IMG/VR virus record: IMGVR_UViG_2700989075_000001
Span: 5,642 to 69,641 of that record
Reading direction: 5' to 3' (one strand)
Source of the DNA: a virus
Taxonomy: Duplodnaviria; Caudoviricetes
DNA: 64,000 nt
The number at the start of each line of letters is the position of its first letter. The first letter of the stretch is position 1. Below, piece after piece: positions 19,393-29,864 of this stretch. Under the pieces are notes generated by a model. That model was not told the DNA's origin and ran no database searches. It saw only the letters and a program-made list of their open reading frames with translations. Both the position numbers and the translations under genes were made by a program.

Positions 19393-20826
19393 GTGGCGTT
19401 CCGTGGCTACTTCGCTCTGGACGGGGTGGAGTTTGCCAACAGCAGCCGCGTGGTGGCCCACATCGGAGCCAACATTCCCACCATGGACCTGGGCCTGCTG
19501 GGCGACCCCGGCGATTGCTCGCTGACGCCCGTGGCCGGTAGCCCGCTGCTGGCCGAGCTGCCCGCCAGCACAGTGCCCATCGGGCCAGGGCGGCTGCTGG
19601 GCACCGTGCCCGATGGCACGCGGCTGTACGGGCCAGGGCTGGGCCTGGTGGGCGACTGCTGGACGCCGGACACGCTGTGCTTCGGCTGCCGTGACGCCAT
19701 TGGCTATGACGACAGCTGGCCCGGCCTGAGCGACCTTCTGGACGACAGCCTGTACCGGCCGGAGCTGGCACCGTGGTACACCACGCGCGTGCCCGAGAGC
19801 GCCGAGTTCGGCGGCGTATGGGTGATGGACGTGAAGGGCCTGGACACCACACCGACGCAGCGCGACGTGACCGAGGTGGCCGGTGCCGGTGGCGCGCCCG
19901 GCCCGGTGCGCAATCCCAGCCGCCAAGTGACGTTCGACGTGCTGCTGATCGCCTGCACCAACGCGGGCCTGACATATGGGCTGCAATGGCTGACCTGTTT
20001 GCTGCGGGCCACCGACGCCGACGACGGCAGTACGCTGCGGTACCTGGCCGCGCACCCCGGCGGCAGCACCGCCGACCCCGTGACGCTCATCCGCGAGGTG
20101 CATGGCGTGGTGCTCAGCCAGGAGCCCCAGGTGCAGGACGCACAGAACCTGTCGCGGGGCTCGAATAGCCAGGCCACTGTGTATCGCGTGCAATGGACAA
20201 TGACCGTCACCCGGCCGTACGCCTACAGCCCGCCGGTCGACGTGGCGGTGGACTGGGACGAAACCGTGTTGGATCCCATCAGCTGGGTCCACGGAGCCGA
20301 CTGCAAGACCCCGGCCAGCTGCGCTGACATGCCGGTGTTCTTCGCCAAGGGCTGCGACGTAGAGCCTATCGAGGTCGTGAGCACGCCGCCGCCCACGTGC
20401 GGCGGGTGTATGCCCGTCTGCGCGGTGCAGACCCGCGTGTTCGAGCTGCCGGTATTCGACAGCCCCCGGCGCTGCCACCAGACCGCCGTGACGCTGCGCG
20501 TGCGCAACAACAGCGAGGAGCCGCTGACGCTCCAGGCGTTCTACCGCGAGGCCAATACCCGCGAACAGTGCGGCGACCAGCTGTGGCCCATCCAGCTGAC
20601 CGGGGTGCCCAGCCAGGGCGAGGTCGTGCTGGACGGCATCAGCGGCAGGTTCTGGCTGAACTGGGCCGGGCGTAAGCGCCGCCCGTTCAACATGGTCAGC
20701 ACGATGAGCGGTGTGCCCTGGCGTCCGGCCGTCATCGACCGCGACCGTAGCTGGGAGCTGGTGGTCATCAGCGACGGCGCTGCCACCTTCGACGTGAGCA
20801 TGAGCCTGGCCGACCGGGAGGTGTGA
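19393..20826 (+). CDS. Minor tail protein (distal tail-like)
   Basis: First gene after the tape measure; AGGAGG RBS. Confidence 0.8.
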   Translation: MAFRGYFALDGVEFANSSRVVAHIGANIPTMDLGLLGDPGDCSLTPVAGSPLLAELPASTVPIGPGRLLGTVPDGTRLYGPGLGLVGDCWTPDTLCFGCRDAIGYDDSWPGLSDLLDDSLYRPELAPWYTTRVPESAEFGGVWVMDVKGLDTTPTQRDVTEVAGAGGAPGPVRNPSRQVTFDVLLIACTNAGLTYGLQWLTCLLRATDADDGSTLRYLAAHPGGSTADPVTLIREVHGVVLSQEPQVQDAQNLSRGSNSQATVYRVQWTMTVTRPYAYSPPVDVAVDWDETVLDPISWVHGADCKTPASCADMPVFFAKGCDVEPIEVVSTPPPTCGGCMPVCAVQTRVFELPVFDSPRRCHQTAVTLRVRNNSEEPLTLQAFYREANTREQCGDQLWPIQLTGVPSQGEVVLDGISGRFWLNWAGRKRRPFNMVSTMSGVPWRPAVIDRDRSWELVVISDGAATFDVSMSLADREV

Positions 20827-20827
20827 T

Positions 20828-21904
20828 GTGCCGGTCGTAACCGACGATCTGCTGGTCAGCCTCCACACTGCGGGCGGCTCGACGCTGTATCAGTTCCTTC
20901 CCGACGACTACACCGACCTCACGTTCGGCCGGGCCACGCGCGACGGCAGCCAGTGCAACCTAACCGTGCCGCCGCTGCCAGGAGCCGACCGCTTTCCCGA
21001 CATCGTGTATTGGCACCACTGGCTCACCGTGTGGGACGGCACCCGGCAGGGCGCGGAGGCGGTGCTGTGGACTGGCCCCATCAAGAAGATTCGGGACAAC
21101 CGTGCCGGGCTCATGCTCCAGGCCACCGACCACAGCGCCTATCTGAGCCGCACTCGCAACCCGATGACAAAGCGATGGGACGCCGCCGATCCGTCCACGG
21201 TGGCAGGTGAGCTGTGGGCGCGCATGATCGAGGCCCAGGGCCTGGGCACGCGGGCGCTGGTACGGCCGGACCCCGAGGGCGACCGGTACGACTTCCAAGT
21301 CATCACCGACGAGCAGATGCTGGACCAGACCATGGGCCAGCTGGTGGACTACGGGCTGCGCTGGACAGTGGTGGCAGGCACGCCCATCCTTGGCCCGCTG
21401 CCACTGGAGCCGGTGGCCACCCTGGGCGAGGAGCACTTTCTGGGCGACGGCATCGACTTCGTGCGCGACGGCACCGCCACCGTGAACGACGTGCTGGTGC
21501 GCGGCCAGGACAACCTGGCCCGCGAGCGCGTCGACTTCTACGGCCAGAACCTGCAATCCATCGTCAACCTGGACACCATGTCCGGCGTCAGCAACGTGAC
21601 GCGGGCGGCGCAGAAGTACGTGCGCACCACCGGCAGCCTGCGCACCATGCTGGAACTGCCCAGCGGCACCGTGCTGCATCCGAACGCGCCGGTCACCATC
21701 GACCAGCTGATGCCGAGCGCCAGGTTCGTGATCGAGGCGCGCGGCGTGCGACAGCTGATGTTGCTTACCGGCTGTGAGGTCAACCGGCGGGCCGGAGCGG
21801 CTACCGTATCGGTCACCATGGAGACCGTGGAGGAGAAGCTGGAGCTGACCAGCGACAAGGCCGGGCCTTCGCTGAGCCTGAGCGCCGGGGCGGCGGGCCG
21901 ATGA
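20828..21904 (+). CDS. Minor tail protein (hub-like)
   Basis: Second gene after the tape measure; VWDG...LWTGPI motif. Confidence 0.75.
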   Translation: MPVVTDDLLVSLHTAGGSTLYQFLPDDYTDLTFGRATRDGSQCNLTVPPLPGADRFPDIVYWHHWLTVWDGTRQGAEAVLWTGPIKKIRDNRAGLMLQATDHSAYLSRTRNPMTKRWDAADPSTVAGELWARMIEAQGLGTRALVRPDPEGDRYDFQVITDEQMLDQTMGQLVDYGLRWTVVAGTPILGPLPLEPVATLGEEHFLGDGIDFVRDGTATVNDVLVRGQDNLARERVDFYGQNLQSIVNLDTMSGVSNVTRAAQKYVRTTGSLRTMLELPSGTVLHPNAPVTIDQLMPSARFVIEARGVRQLMLLTGCEVNRRAGAATVSVTMETVEEKLELTSDKAGPSLSLSAGAAGR

Positions 21905-24198
21905 CCGCGCTGCTGGCACCGGGGCGCACCCCGCAAAACGACGCCGAGCTGGCACGCAGCTTCCATGACCGGCTGCGCAAGCTTGAAACCGCGAGTACCG
22001 TGCGCGTCGGCCCGTGGGTGCTGTCCAACGACCCGGCCACCGGCAACCTGCGGGCGACCCGGCCGGGGCAGACCGTACTCATTGACGACCAGGGAGCGAC
22101 CGAGACCCTGGACCCCGCCAGCCTGAATCTGTCCGGCTACGTCACGGACAAAGAGCTGGTAGACGCGCTGAGCCAGATCGACACGGGCGGCTCGCTGGAG
22201 TCGATGTGGTCGGACCTGTACACCGCGCTCACCGGCCTGCTCAACCCGGTGAATGCACTGGCGGCGCTGGCCAATTTCTTCAAGGTGGAGCTGGGCAGTC
22301 CCATCACCAGCAACCGCCTGCCGCTGATCCCGCTGTCGCACATCCGGCCGGTGAACCCGAACTTGCTGCTCGACGGCAGTTTCGATGACGAGGCCACGCT
22401 GTCGGGCTTCCCAGACTGGGACTACGACGAGGCCGACGGGCGAGACCGGCCAGGCTGCGCTTACACCATGGCCGACGGACTTACGCACACCATCCGCAGC
22501 AACGCGGTGGAGGTGGAGGCCGACGACGAACTGGACGCCGAGGTCTATGCCAAGTGGGTCGACCTGGTGGTCAGCGCTGCCACACCTATCCAGTTGGCCA
22601 TCGCCAGCTACGACGAGAACGACGTACTGATCGGCGGCGCGCCTGCGGTGGTGGCCAGCGCCGGGGCTGCGGGCAGCAGCGGCGGGACCAATGGCTGGGG
22701 CACCAAGCTCAGCGTGACCGGCTGGAGCCCGCCCACGAACGCCAAGTACGTCGTCGTGGAGCTGACCGTGACCACCGGGGCAACCGGCGGCACGGTGAAG
22801 TACGACGACGCCGCGCTGCGCAAGACAGGCACCCTGCCGCAGAGTTACATCAACGGGCTGGTCGACGCGCTGTCGGGACTGTGGAACGGCATTCAGGCCC
22901 GCATTGACGACTTCATGGACCTGCTGGATGCGTTCGGCGGGTTCGTTATCGGCACCGGCCAGGGCCAGCTCACCGACGTGATTACCCGGCTCCAGGCACT
23001 CAACCCGCTGACCGGCGTGTTCGACGCGAGCAAGCTGGGCAACCTAGCTAACATCCCGGCCATCGGCCAGGACAAGATCATCGGCCTGGTAGACGACCTG
23101 GCCGACGCCGTAGCCAACGGCGGGCAGACCGTGCGGGATGCCATCGTGCAGGCGCTGACCGGCGCGGTGCCGCCCGGCGGGGCCACCGACGCCAACGTGA
23201 TCGCCGCGTTGACCAGCATTCCGGCCACGCTGGTGCAGAGCGCCGTGGAGGGCGCGAGCAACATTGACGACGCCATCCAGCAGGCGCTGAACGCGGTGGT
23301 GGAAGGCGCGAGCGGCGTGCTGAGCGCACCCGGCACCTTCGTGGACATGATCAACCAGCTGGCGGGCCTGCGGAACAGCGCCGCCGGAGCGAACGCGGCG
23401 GTGGTCAACCTCCAGGCGACCGTGGCCGGGCTGGACCCGGCAGCGTCGTCCGAGGTGATCAACTTCGGGGAGTACGTGGACGCGGCCACGCCGCCCAGCA
23501 TGTTCACCAAGTTCTCCGACACCGGCTCCGGTGCGCTGATCACCAGCGCTGGTGAGCTGCGGTGGGACAGCGCCAGCGCTGGCCGCGAGCTGTACCTGTT
23601 CAACGGTGGCCCACTCCAGACCGACCTCTTCGAGGTGTCGGTGGTGCTGCCGCAGGTGCCGACGCATGGCTGGTTCGGTGCCGACAGCACGAACTACATC
23701 TGGCTGATCGGCCGGTCGAACGCGGGTAGCACTGCCCTGGTGGCGGCGCGCCTGGCCTGGGACGAAATCAGGCTCTACAACCTGGCAGGCGGCACGTTTA
23801 CGCAGTTCGGCCCCACCATTAGTGAATCGGACATCCTGACGGCGGGCTGCTCGGTGAGCTTCAAGGGCGGCACGGTGGCCGACCCCAGGTACTTCCATGT
23901 GTCCATCAACGGCACCAAAAAGCTGGTCTACACCGACGGCTCGGGTGGCCCGCCGGTCACGGTGCTGGGGCCGGATTACCGGAACTGTGGCCTGGGCGTG
24001 GAGAAGGGCAGCAGCTATCTCACGGGCACGATCAGCACGTGGTCGATGCTTGACGGCGGCAGCAGCGCCGGGTCCGGCGTGGTGGCCGGTTACACCGCCG
24101 CTGGCCTGACCAACCTGAATCTCTGGAAGGGCACCGCCGCGCAGTACGCAGCCATTCCCACCAAGAACGCGAACACCATCTACGTGGTGAAGAACTGA
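21901..24198 (+). CDS. Minor tail protein with carbohydrate-binding-like domains
   Basis: NLLLDGSFD...W beta-sandwich signature, a helical stalk and a C-terminal lectin-like region. Confidence 0.8.
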   Translation: MTALLAPGRTPQNDAELARSFHDRLRKLETASTVRVGPWVLSNDPATGNLRATRPGQTVLIDDQGATETLDPASLNLSGYVTDKELVDALSQIDTGGSLESMWSDLYTALTGLLNPVNALAALANFFKVELGSPITSNRLPLIPLSHIRPVNPNLLLDGSFDDEATLSGFPDWDYDEADGRDRPGCAYTMADGLTHTIRSNAVEVEADDELDAEVYAKWVDLVVSAATPIQLAIASYDENDVLIGGAPAVVASAGAAGSSGGTNGWGTKLSVTGWSPPTNAKYVVVELTVTTGATGGTVKYDDAALRKTGTLPQSYINGLVDALSGLWNGIQARIDDFMDLLDAFGGFVIGTGQGQLTDVITRLQALNPLTGVFDASKLGNLANIPAIGQDKIIGLVDDLADAVANGGQTVRDAIVQALTGAVPPGGATDANVIAALTSIPATLVQSAVEGASNIDDAIQQALNAVVEGASGVLSAPGTFVDMINQLAGLRNSAAGANAAVVNLQATVAGLDPAASSEVINFGEYVDAATPPSMFTKFSDTGSGALITSAGELRWDSASAGRELYLFNGGPLQTDLFEVSVVLPQVPTHGWFGADSTNYIWLIGRSNAGSTALVAARLAWDEIRLYNLAGGTFTQFGPTISESDILTAGCSVSFKGGTVADPRYFHVSINGTKKLVYTDGSGGPPVTVLGPDYRNCGLGVEKGSSYLTGTISTWSMLDGGSSAGSGVVAGYTAAGLTNLNLWKGTAAQYAAIPTKNANTIYVVKN

Positions 24199-25538
24199 TG
24201 CCGGTCTTTATCGGTGACGAGACCATCGACACCCTGCTGAACCAGCTGGGCCAGGACTACGACAGCGTGTATATCGGCAGCGACAAGGTGTGGCCGGACA
24301 TCACGTTCCCGTACACGCTGGTCAACACCAACGTGACCGGCGCAGCCATCCCAGCCGGGGCGACGGGCGCATGGGTTCATCTGTGGGGCCGGGGCACCCC
24401 TGGCGGCAATGGTGGGCATGAGGACGGTACCCCGTCCAATGGTGACGCGCCTGGCGGCTCGGGCGGCGGTGGCGGCGGGCACGTGCACAAAATCTTCATC
24501 TACGTGGAGGACATGGGCTCGGACTGGTCGCTGTTCTACGGGCCAGCTGCGGGCGCGCCCAACCGCTTCATCACGGGCGGCGTCGACCTGATCGCCAACA
24601 GCGCCAACGGCGTGAACGGCGGCACCGCCGTGGCCAATGGGCTGACGGCTGACTACTACTCGCCACGAGCATCCAATGGTGGCAATCGAGGTCAGGACTC
24701 CGACGGCGGCGGTGCGGGCGGCGCGAACGGCGGTAGTGCCAGCTGGACCGGTGACAACGCGCCGAACACCACCCCGCCGGGCACACGCGGCATCGGCTCG
24801 AATGGCGGCACCAACGGCGGCACGGGCGGCATCGCCTACGGCTCCGGCAATGCACACCACTACGCCAGCGGCGGCGGTGGCGGTGGCGGCGGTGGGTATA
24901 CCGCAGGTGGTCCCGGCGGTGCGGGCACACAGAACACGGGCGGCACTGGCGGATCCGGCGGCGCGGCGCGCGCCGAGGTCATCTGGACGAACGAGATTGT
25001 GCCCAAGGACAAGACGTGGGAGTTCGCGCCGGGCGCATGGAGCTGGACGATGCCCGCCTGGGCGCAGACCGGCTGGGCAGTCGACCTTATCGAGTTCGGC
25101 GGCGGCAAGGGCGGCAACAACGGTGGCAGCACCAGCGCCGGAAACGGTGGCCTGGGCAGCGTCGGCGTGTCCCAGACGCTCATCATCGGTACCGACATCG
25201 CCCTGGGCGGCACCCTGAGCGGCAACGTGGGCAGCGGCGGCGCATCCAATGGCGGCAACGGCGGGAACACCACCTGCACGCAGACAGGTCTCACCGGCAA
25301 CGGCGCAACGGGCACCAACAGCGCCCAGGTGGGCACAGCGGCCACGGGCGTCACCATTGGCGGCAAGACGTACGGCGGCGGCGCAGGCGGCTCTACAGGC
25401 AGCACTACGTCGGCAGGGCAGGCCGGTGGCACGCCCGGCGGCGGTGGTCAGGGCGGCGGCTCGATCTTCTTCATTGGCCAGGCAGGCGGCGTCGGCGGCG
25501 AGGGCCGGGTGTACGTGCGACTGCGGCAGGTGATCTAA
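24198..25538 (+). CDS. Glycine-rich minor tail protein
   Basis: Two Gly-rich domains; TGATG coupling. Confidence 0.8.
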   Translation: MPVFIGDETIDTLLNQLGQDYDSVYIGSDKVWPDITFPYTLVNTNVTGAAIPAGATGAWVHLWGRGTPGGNGGHEDGTPSNGDAPGGSGGGGGGHVHKIFIYVEDMGSDWSLFYGPAAGAPNRFITGGVDLIANSANGVNGGTAVANGLTADYYSPRASNGGNRGQDSDGGGAGGANGGSASWTGDNAPNTTPPGTRGIGSNGGTNGGTGGIAYGSGNAHHYASGGGGGGGGGYTAGGPGGAGTQNTGGTGGSGGAARAEVIWTNEIVPKDKTWEFAPGAWSWTMPAWAQTGWAVDLIEFGGGKGGNNGGSTSAGNGGLGSVGVSQTLIIGTDIALGGTLSGNVGSGGASNGGNGGNTTCTQTGLTGNGATGTNSAQVGTAATGVTIGGKTYGGGAGGSTGSTTSAGQAGGTPGGGGQGGGSIFFIGQAGGVGGEGRVYVRLRQVI

Positions 25539-25540
25539 CC

Positions 25541-26698
25541 GTGACGGGCTGGTTCCAAGCCCCGTCGGTGCCACCACTGCCCGCGCCGGGCTGGTTCGAC
25601 AGCGAAGCCACGCCGCAGCCGCCGGAGCCCGACATCGCGTGGTGGGCGGTGCTCACCGTCGATATGGCGCACACGGTGGCAGCGGTCAACACCATGGAGC
25701 TGGGCGCGTTCAAGGCCCTGGGCATCGTCCATAGCGTTCACGCCACGCAGCAGCTGGCGCTCCAGGCGCTGCTGCGGCTGAACATCAACCACGGCGTCAG
25801 CGTGGCCAACACGCTGACGTTCCAGGGCCTGTACATGCTGGATATGTCGCTGGGCCTGAGCGTGCAGCACGCCCTGAGCCTGGCCCGCGTGAAGGACATC
25901 GCGGTGCCGATGCCGGTGGCGGTCGGCCACACGCTGACCTTGGCCCGCGTGCTGGACATGCAGCTGGAGCACGCCCTGGCCAGCAGCCAAGTGCTGACGC
26001 TCCAGAAGTACCGCACGCTCGCGGTGACGCAGAACGTGGCAGTGGGCCAGTCGCTGGACCTGGCCAAGATTCGCACGCTGGCGCTGGCCCACAGCCTGGG
26101 CGTGACCAACCAGATGGCCATGGGCTTTCCGACCACGGGGCTGCCCGCACCGGCCAACTACACCGCCGCCGGGGCCTACACCTACGTGTTCCCGCGAAAC
26201 TGCGACTTCGTGGACGCGGTGCTGCTCGGGGCCGGGGGCGGCGGGGCCAGCTCGGGCACGTTCTACACGCTCAAGGGTTATCCCGGCGAGGCGGGCGTCT
26301 GGGCCACCGCCACCCTCCAGCGCGGACTGACGCTAGCGTGGACCGTCACACAGTTCACCGGCCAGGTGGGCACGGGCGGCGCTCGCGGTAGCGGCGGCTT
26401 CACGGGCACCGCCGGTCAGGCCGGTAGCGCCACCACGTCGGCCGCGACCGGCTGGGGCGGGCTCAGCGGAGCGGGCGGTGCCGGGGGCATTGCGAACGCC
26501 ACGGGCACCAGCGACAACGTGGGCCGGTCACCGGGGAACATCACGTACAACGGCATTCCGTACACGGGCGGCGGCACGCAGAGCACCAACGGCGGGGCCG
26601 GTAACCCGCCTGGTGGCGGCGGTGCGGGCGGGTCAAACTTCGGCGGGGCTGGCGGTGTCGGCGCTGCGGGGGCGGCTCGTTACAGGGCCTACCAGTAG
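25541..26698 (+). CDS. Minor tail protein with internal beta repeats and Gly-rich C-terminal domain
   Basis: GTG start just after the previous stop; ~20-aa repeats (e.g. HTLTLARVLD); VLLGAGGGG motif. Confidence 0.75.
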   Translation: MTGWFQAPSVPPLPAPGWFDSEATPQPPEPDIAWWAVLTVDMAHTVAAVNTMELGAFKALGIVHSVHATQQLALQALLRLNINHGVSVANTLTFQGLYMLDMSLGLSVQHALSLARVKDIAVPMPVAVGHTLTLARVLDMQLEHALASSQVLTLQKYRTLAVTQNVAVGQSLDLAKIRTLALAHSLGVTNQMAMGFPTTGLPAPANYTAAGAYTYVFPRNCDFVDAVLLGAGGGGASSGTFYTLKGYPGEAGVWATATLQRGLTLAWTVTQFTGQVGTGGARGSGGFTGTAGQAGSATTSAATGWGGLSGAGGAGGIANATGTSDNVGRSPGNITYNGIPYTGGGTQSTNGGAGNPPGGGGAGGSNFGGAGGVGAAGAARYRAYQ

Positions 26699-26708
26699 GA
26701 TCACGACC

Positions 26709-27101
26709 GTGGCTGTGGGAATGACCGCCTACTTGGCGAACAAGTTGCTGGACCACGTGTTCCGCAATGTGGTCTATACCCCGCCTGCGGTGGTCTACTT
26801 CCGGCCGCACCTGGGCGACCCCGGCGCGAACGGCACCGCCAACGGGTCGGCGAACGCCACGCGCTACGCGATGAGCTTCGGCGTGGCCGGGGCCAGCACC
26901 GCCGGGCAGATTGCCCTGACGAACTTCCCCGAGCACACGCTGAACGCCACCGAGACCATCACCCACGGGTCGATCTGGGATCACCCGACGGCCGGTAACT
27001 GTCTGATCACCGGCCAGGCGACCGTCAGCAAGGGCGGTGTCAGCGGTGACATCATCCGGCTGGCCAGCGACATCATCGGCATTACGCCCATCGCCGCATA
27101 G
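26709..27101 (+). CDS. Small tail-associated protein
   Basis: YLANKLLDHVFR...HLGDPG...ITHGSIWD.PTAGN motif seen in phage tail-fibre accessory proteins. Start could be 26721. Confidence 0.65.
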   Translation: MAVGMTAYLANKLLDHVFRNVVYTPPAVVYFRPHLGDPGANGTANGSANATRYAMSFGVAGASTAGQIALTNFPEHTLNATETITHGSIWDHPTAGNCLITGQATVSKGGVSGDIIRLASDIIGITPIAA

Positions 27102-27110
27102 GAGACACCC

Positions 27111-27464
27111 ATGCCCGAACTCACCTGGTCGGTGGCCTGGGAGGTCGCTGCCCCGCCCGTGGAGCTGCTGCCTGCCCAGCCCATCCCGCCGACGCCGCCT
27201 GGCGACGATGCCGACGAGGCAGCGGCGCAGCAGTACAGTGACGATTACGCCGCCTACGAGGTGGCCCTGGACGAGGCGTACCACCAGACACAGACCGTGC
27301 TGGCCGACGAGCAGTGGTGGTCGGTGACGCGGCTGGAGTTCGCCGACGAGGCCGAGGCCCGCACCACGCTCCCGGCCATGGTGCGCGCCAATGCCAGCAG
27401 CCCCTACGCACGCAACTTCCGTCTGGAGACATCCCCGCCTCGGGTGTGGGCACCCGTAAGCTGA
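27111..27464 (+). CDS. Hypothetical protein
   Basis: AGGAG RBS; typical codon usage. Confidence 0.7.
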   Translation: MPELTWSVAWEVAAPPVELLPAQPIPPTPPGDDADEAAAQQYSDDYAAYEVALDEAYHQTQTVLADEQWWSVTRLEFADEAEARTTLPAMVRANASSPYARNFRLETSPPRVWAPVS

Positions 27465-27468
27465 GCGC

Positions 27469-28116
27469 GTGACCACGCCCAGCGTCTGCGTATCGGAGCA
27501 CCTGGTCGTCGGTGCTGACGGCAAGCTGCGGCTCGCGCCGTGGTCGGTGCCGCGCCTGGTGGCTGACGAAATCGCCCATAGCGGGGCCGACACCACCAAG
27601 CTGCTCGAAACCAGCACACTGCCCGGCCGCTTGCTGATCGACAAGCCCGGCGTCATGTGGACCAACCTGACCCCGGTCGACCACATGGTGCGCGTGATGG
27701 TCACCCGGCGCTGGAAGCGGTGGATCACCAGCAATCCGAACGCGGTGCAGTTCCGCGACCGGTGGTCCAGTGCCATCACGCCCAAGGGCAGCGCCGACGT
27801 AATCCCGGCCGAGCCGGTGGTCAGCGGCATCTTCAACAGCCAGTGCGGCAGCGCGGGCGACCTGGGCAGCAATACCGTGGCCGAGCCGGTGCCGGGCAAG
27901 TTCTGGGCCTGGTGGGGCACCAACACCAGCGAGGAATGGCTGGGACCACTGGCCCCCGGCGAGACGCTGCGCGTGTGGTATCGCAGCTACGTGTGGACGC
28001 CACCGCCCTTCTCGGACAACGCAAACAAGAACGCGCCCGCCCATGAGGCCGAGGCCGGGTTCGCACGCATCCAGCTGATGGCATTTCCGCAGCAAGGCAA
28101 GGTCGTGACCGGATGA
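27469..28116 (+). CDS. Putative structural protein (paralogue 1 of 3)
   Basis: N-terminal Cys motif and WTNLTPVDHMVRVMVTR, shared with the next two genes. Confidence 0.7.
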   Translation: MTTPSVCVSEHLVVGADGKLRLAPWSVPRLVADEIAHSGADTTKLLETSTLPGRLLIDKPGVMWTNLTPVDHMVRVMVTRRWKRWITSNPNAVQFRDRWSSAITPKGSADVIPAEPVVSGIFNSQCGSAGDLGSNTVAEPVPGKFWAWWGTNTSEEWLGPLAPGETLRVWYRSYVWTPPPFSDNANKNAPAHEAEAGFARIQLMAFPQQGKVVTG

Positions 28117-28718
28117 GCACCAGCCTGAAAATCTGCACGGGCGAGTACATGCTGAGCGACGTGCGCGGCGTCGGCGTGGCGCGCACCTGGCTGCCCAATG
28201 TGATTGCCGAGCAGTTTCTGGAATCCACCAAGGACGGCGAAATCAAGCTGGCCCCCGACCCGGTAACCATGATCGACGGCGACCTGACCTGGTTCAACAA
28301 CAGCCGCGACCCGGTGCACGTGGCAGTGATGGTTCACCGGGCACCGCGCAGCATCGTGGCGCAGAACCCGGCCACCGTGGTCATTCACGACGCCTGGAGC
28401 CACCAGGTGGGCAAGAGCCCCAGCGCCGACTACCCCAGCGTCATCCAGGACACGTTCGGTGGGCGCTTGCAGGTGGACCGCGCCAGCGTGGCCAAGGATC
28501 TGCTCCAGTTCGGCCGGTTCTTTCTCGACGGCGACGACAGCCAGACCTACGTCGACCTGGGCGAGGTACCAGCCAAGCAGTCGTTCCACTTCCGATACCT
28601 GGCCGCTGTGCAGACACCGGGCGTCTGGACGCAGCCCAGCGAGTTCGAGCCGCGCTGGGAGGCGTATGCGCGGTGGACCCGGCTGGTGGCCATCGGCAGC
28701 CCGGTGGGGGCACTGTGA
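28113..28718 (+). CDS. Putative structural protein (paralogue 2 of 3)
   Basis: WFNNSRDPVHVAVMVHR; ATGA coupling. Confidence 0.7.
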   Translation: MSTSLKICTGEYMLSDVRGVGVARTWLPNVIAEQFLESTKDGEIKLAPDPVTMIDGDLTWFNNSRDPVHVAVMVHRAPRSIVAQNPATVVIHDAWSHQVGKSPSADYPSVIQDTFGGRLQVDRASVAKDLLQFGRFFLDGDDSQTYVDLGEVPAKQSFHFRYLAAVQTPGVWTQPSEFEPRWEAYARWTRLVAIGSPVGAL

Positions 28719-29467
28719 GCGACTGCGTAGACGAGACGCACCTGCAAGAGCTGGACGGCGTGATCAGCCCCCAGCCGTGGATGCAATGGCGGCATGTCGG
28801 CGGCGTGGAGGCCCCCAGCAAGACGGGCAACTACGGCGTCACGCTTACCAGCGGGGGCCTGGGCACGGTCGACGTGTTCGGCACGCTGGGCAGCCTGTTC
28901 GGCAGCCTGTTCAGCTTCATCCCGACCATGTTCGGCAAGACCTCGTTCCTGGCGGGGCTGCTGGAATCGGCCAGCGCGGGCGGCAATAAGAACGACCTGC
29001 TGCACAGTCTCCAGCGCAGCTGGACCAATAACACGCCCGTACCGCAGGACGTATATGGGCTCATCACGCGCGGCGGCGCACGGGTGAGCCTCCAGCCGCG
29101 CAGCCGGGGCGGGCTGGTGCTGCGCAGCGGATACGCCAAGCACGCCAGCGACCCCGGCCCGCTGGCCATCAGCAGCATGTTCGGCGTCGGCGCGGACCTA
29201 GGGCGCGGTGGGACGCTGAGCCTGGGCACCACGTTCGGCATCGCGGAGCAGCGGATGAACAGCTGCACGATTCCGCTGGCACCCGAGCGCACCGGCTGGC
29301 TGCGGCTGGCACCGGGTGAGACCATCACCGCCGCGCTGGAGCTGCGCTTCGTCAGTGAGTTCTGGGAGAACACCACCATCGACGGCGGCGACACCGGCAG
29401 CGAAAGCAGCTACACCACGGGCGCGACCCGTCTTGATCTGTTCGCGGTGCCGGTAATCTCAGGCTGA
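28715..29467 (+). CDS. Putative structural protein (paralogue 3 of 3)
   Basis: WTNNTPVPQDVYGLITR; GTGA coupling. Confidence 0.7.
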   Translation: MSDCVDETHLQELDGVISPQPWMQWRHVGGVEAPSKTGNYGVTLTSGGLGTVDVFGTLGSLFGSLFSFIPTMFGKTSFLAGLLESASAGGNKNDLLHSLQRSWTNNTPVPQDVYGLITRGGARVSLQPRSRGGLVLRSGYAKHASDPGPLAISSMFGVGADLGRGGTLSLGTTFGIAEQRMNSCTIPLAPERTGWLRLAPGETITAALELRFVSEFWENTTIDGGDTGSESSYTTGATRLDLFAVPVISG

Positions 29468-29495
29468 CAACCCCTCCGGTCTCGGGAGACAGCCT

Positions 29496-29864
29496 ATGTA
29501 CGAACCACCGCCTGGCTACGACGATTGCGAGGCCGACGGCGATGCGCACCCGACGCCGCCGGACTGGCCGTATCACCAGCTGGAAGTGGATGGCGTGGGC
29601 ACGCTGCACGCGCGGCGACCGCTGCCCAATGCGATCCCGGCGCTGGCCGGTGCGGCGCGCAGCAAGATCAGCCCCGAGAGCCGTATCGACCACCTGGACA
29701 TCTTCGTGCAGAACCATCTGGCCGACGGGGAGTTCGAGCAGCTGCTGGCCCGCATGATGGATCCCGACCAGGACATGCCGCCGGACACCATGCTGCGCGT
29801 GAGCCGCGCAATTGCCACGGCGGGCAGTGCGCGCCCTACACGGCGGTCATCAACCTTGCGTTGA
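29496..29864 (+). CDS. Second tail-assembly-chaperone-like protein (G-like ORF)
   Basis: Aligns by eye with the C-terminal half of 12709-13278; GGGAG RBS. Confidence 0.6.
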   Translation: MYEPPPGYDDCEADGDAHPTPPDWPYHQLEVDGVGTLHARRPLPNAIPALAGAARSKISPESRIDHLDIFVQNHLADGEFEQLLARMMDPDQDMPPDTMLRVSRAIATAGSARPTRRSSTLR

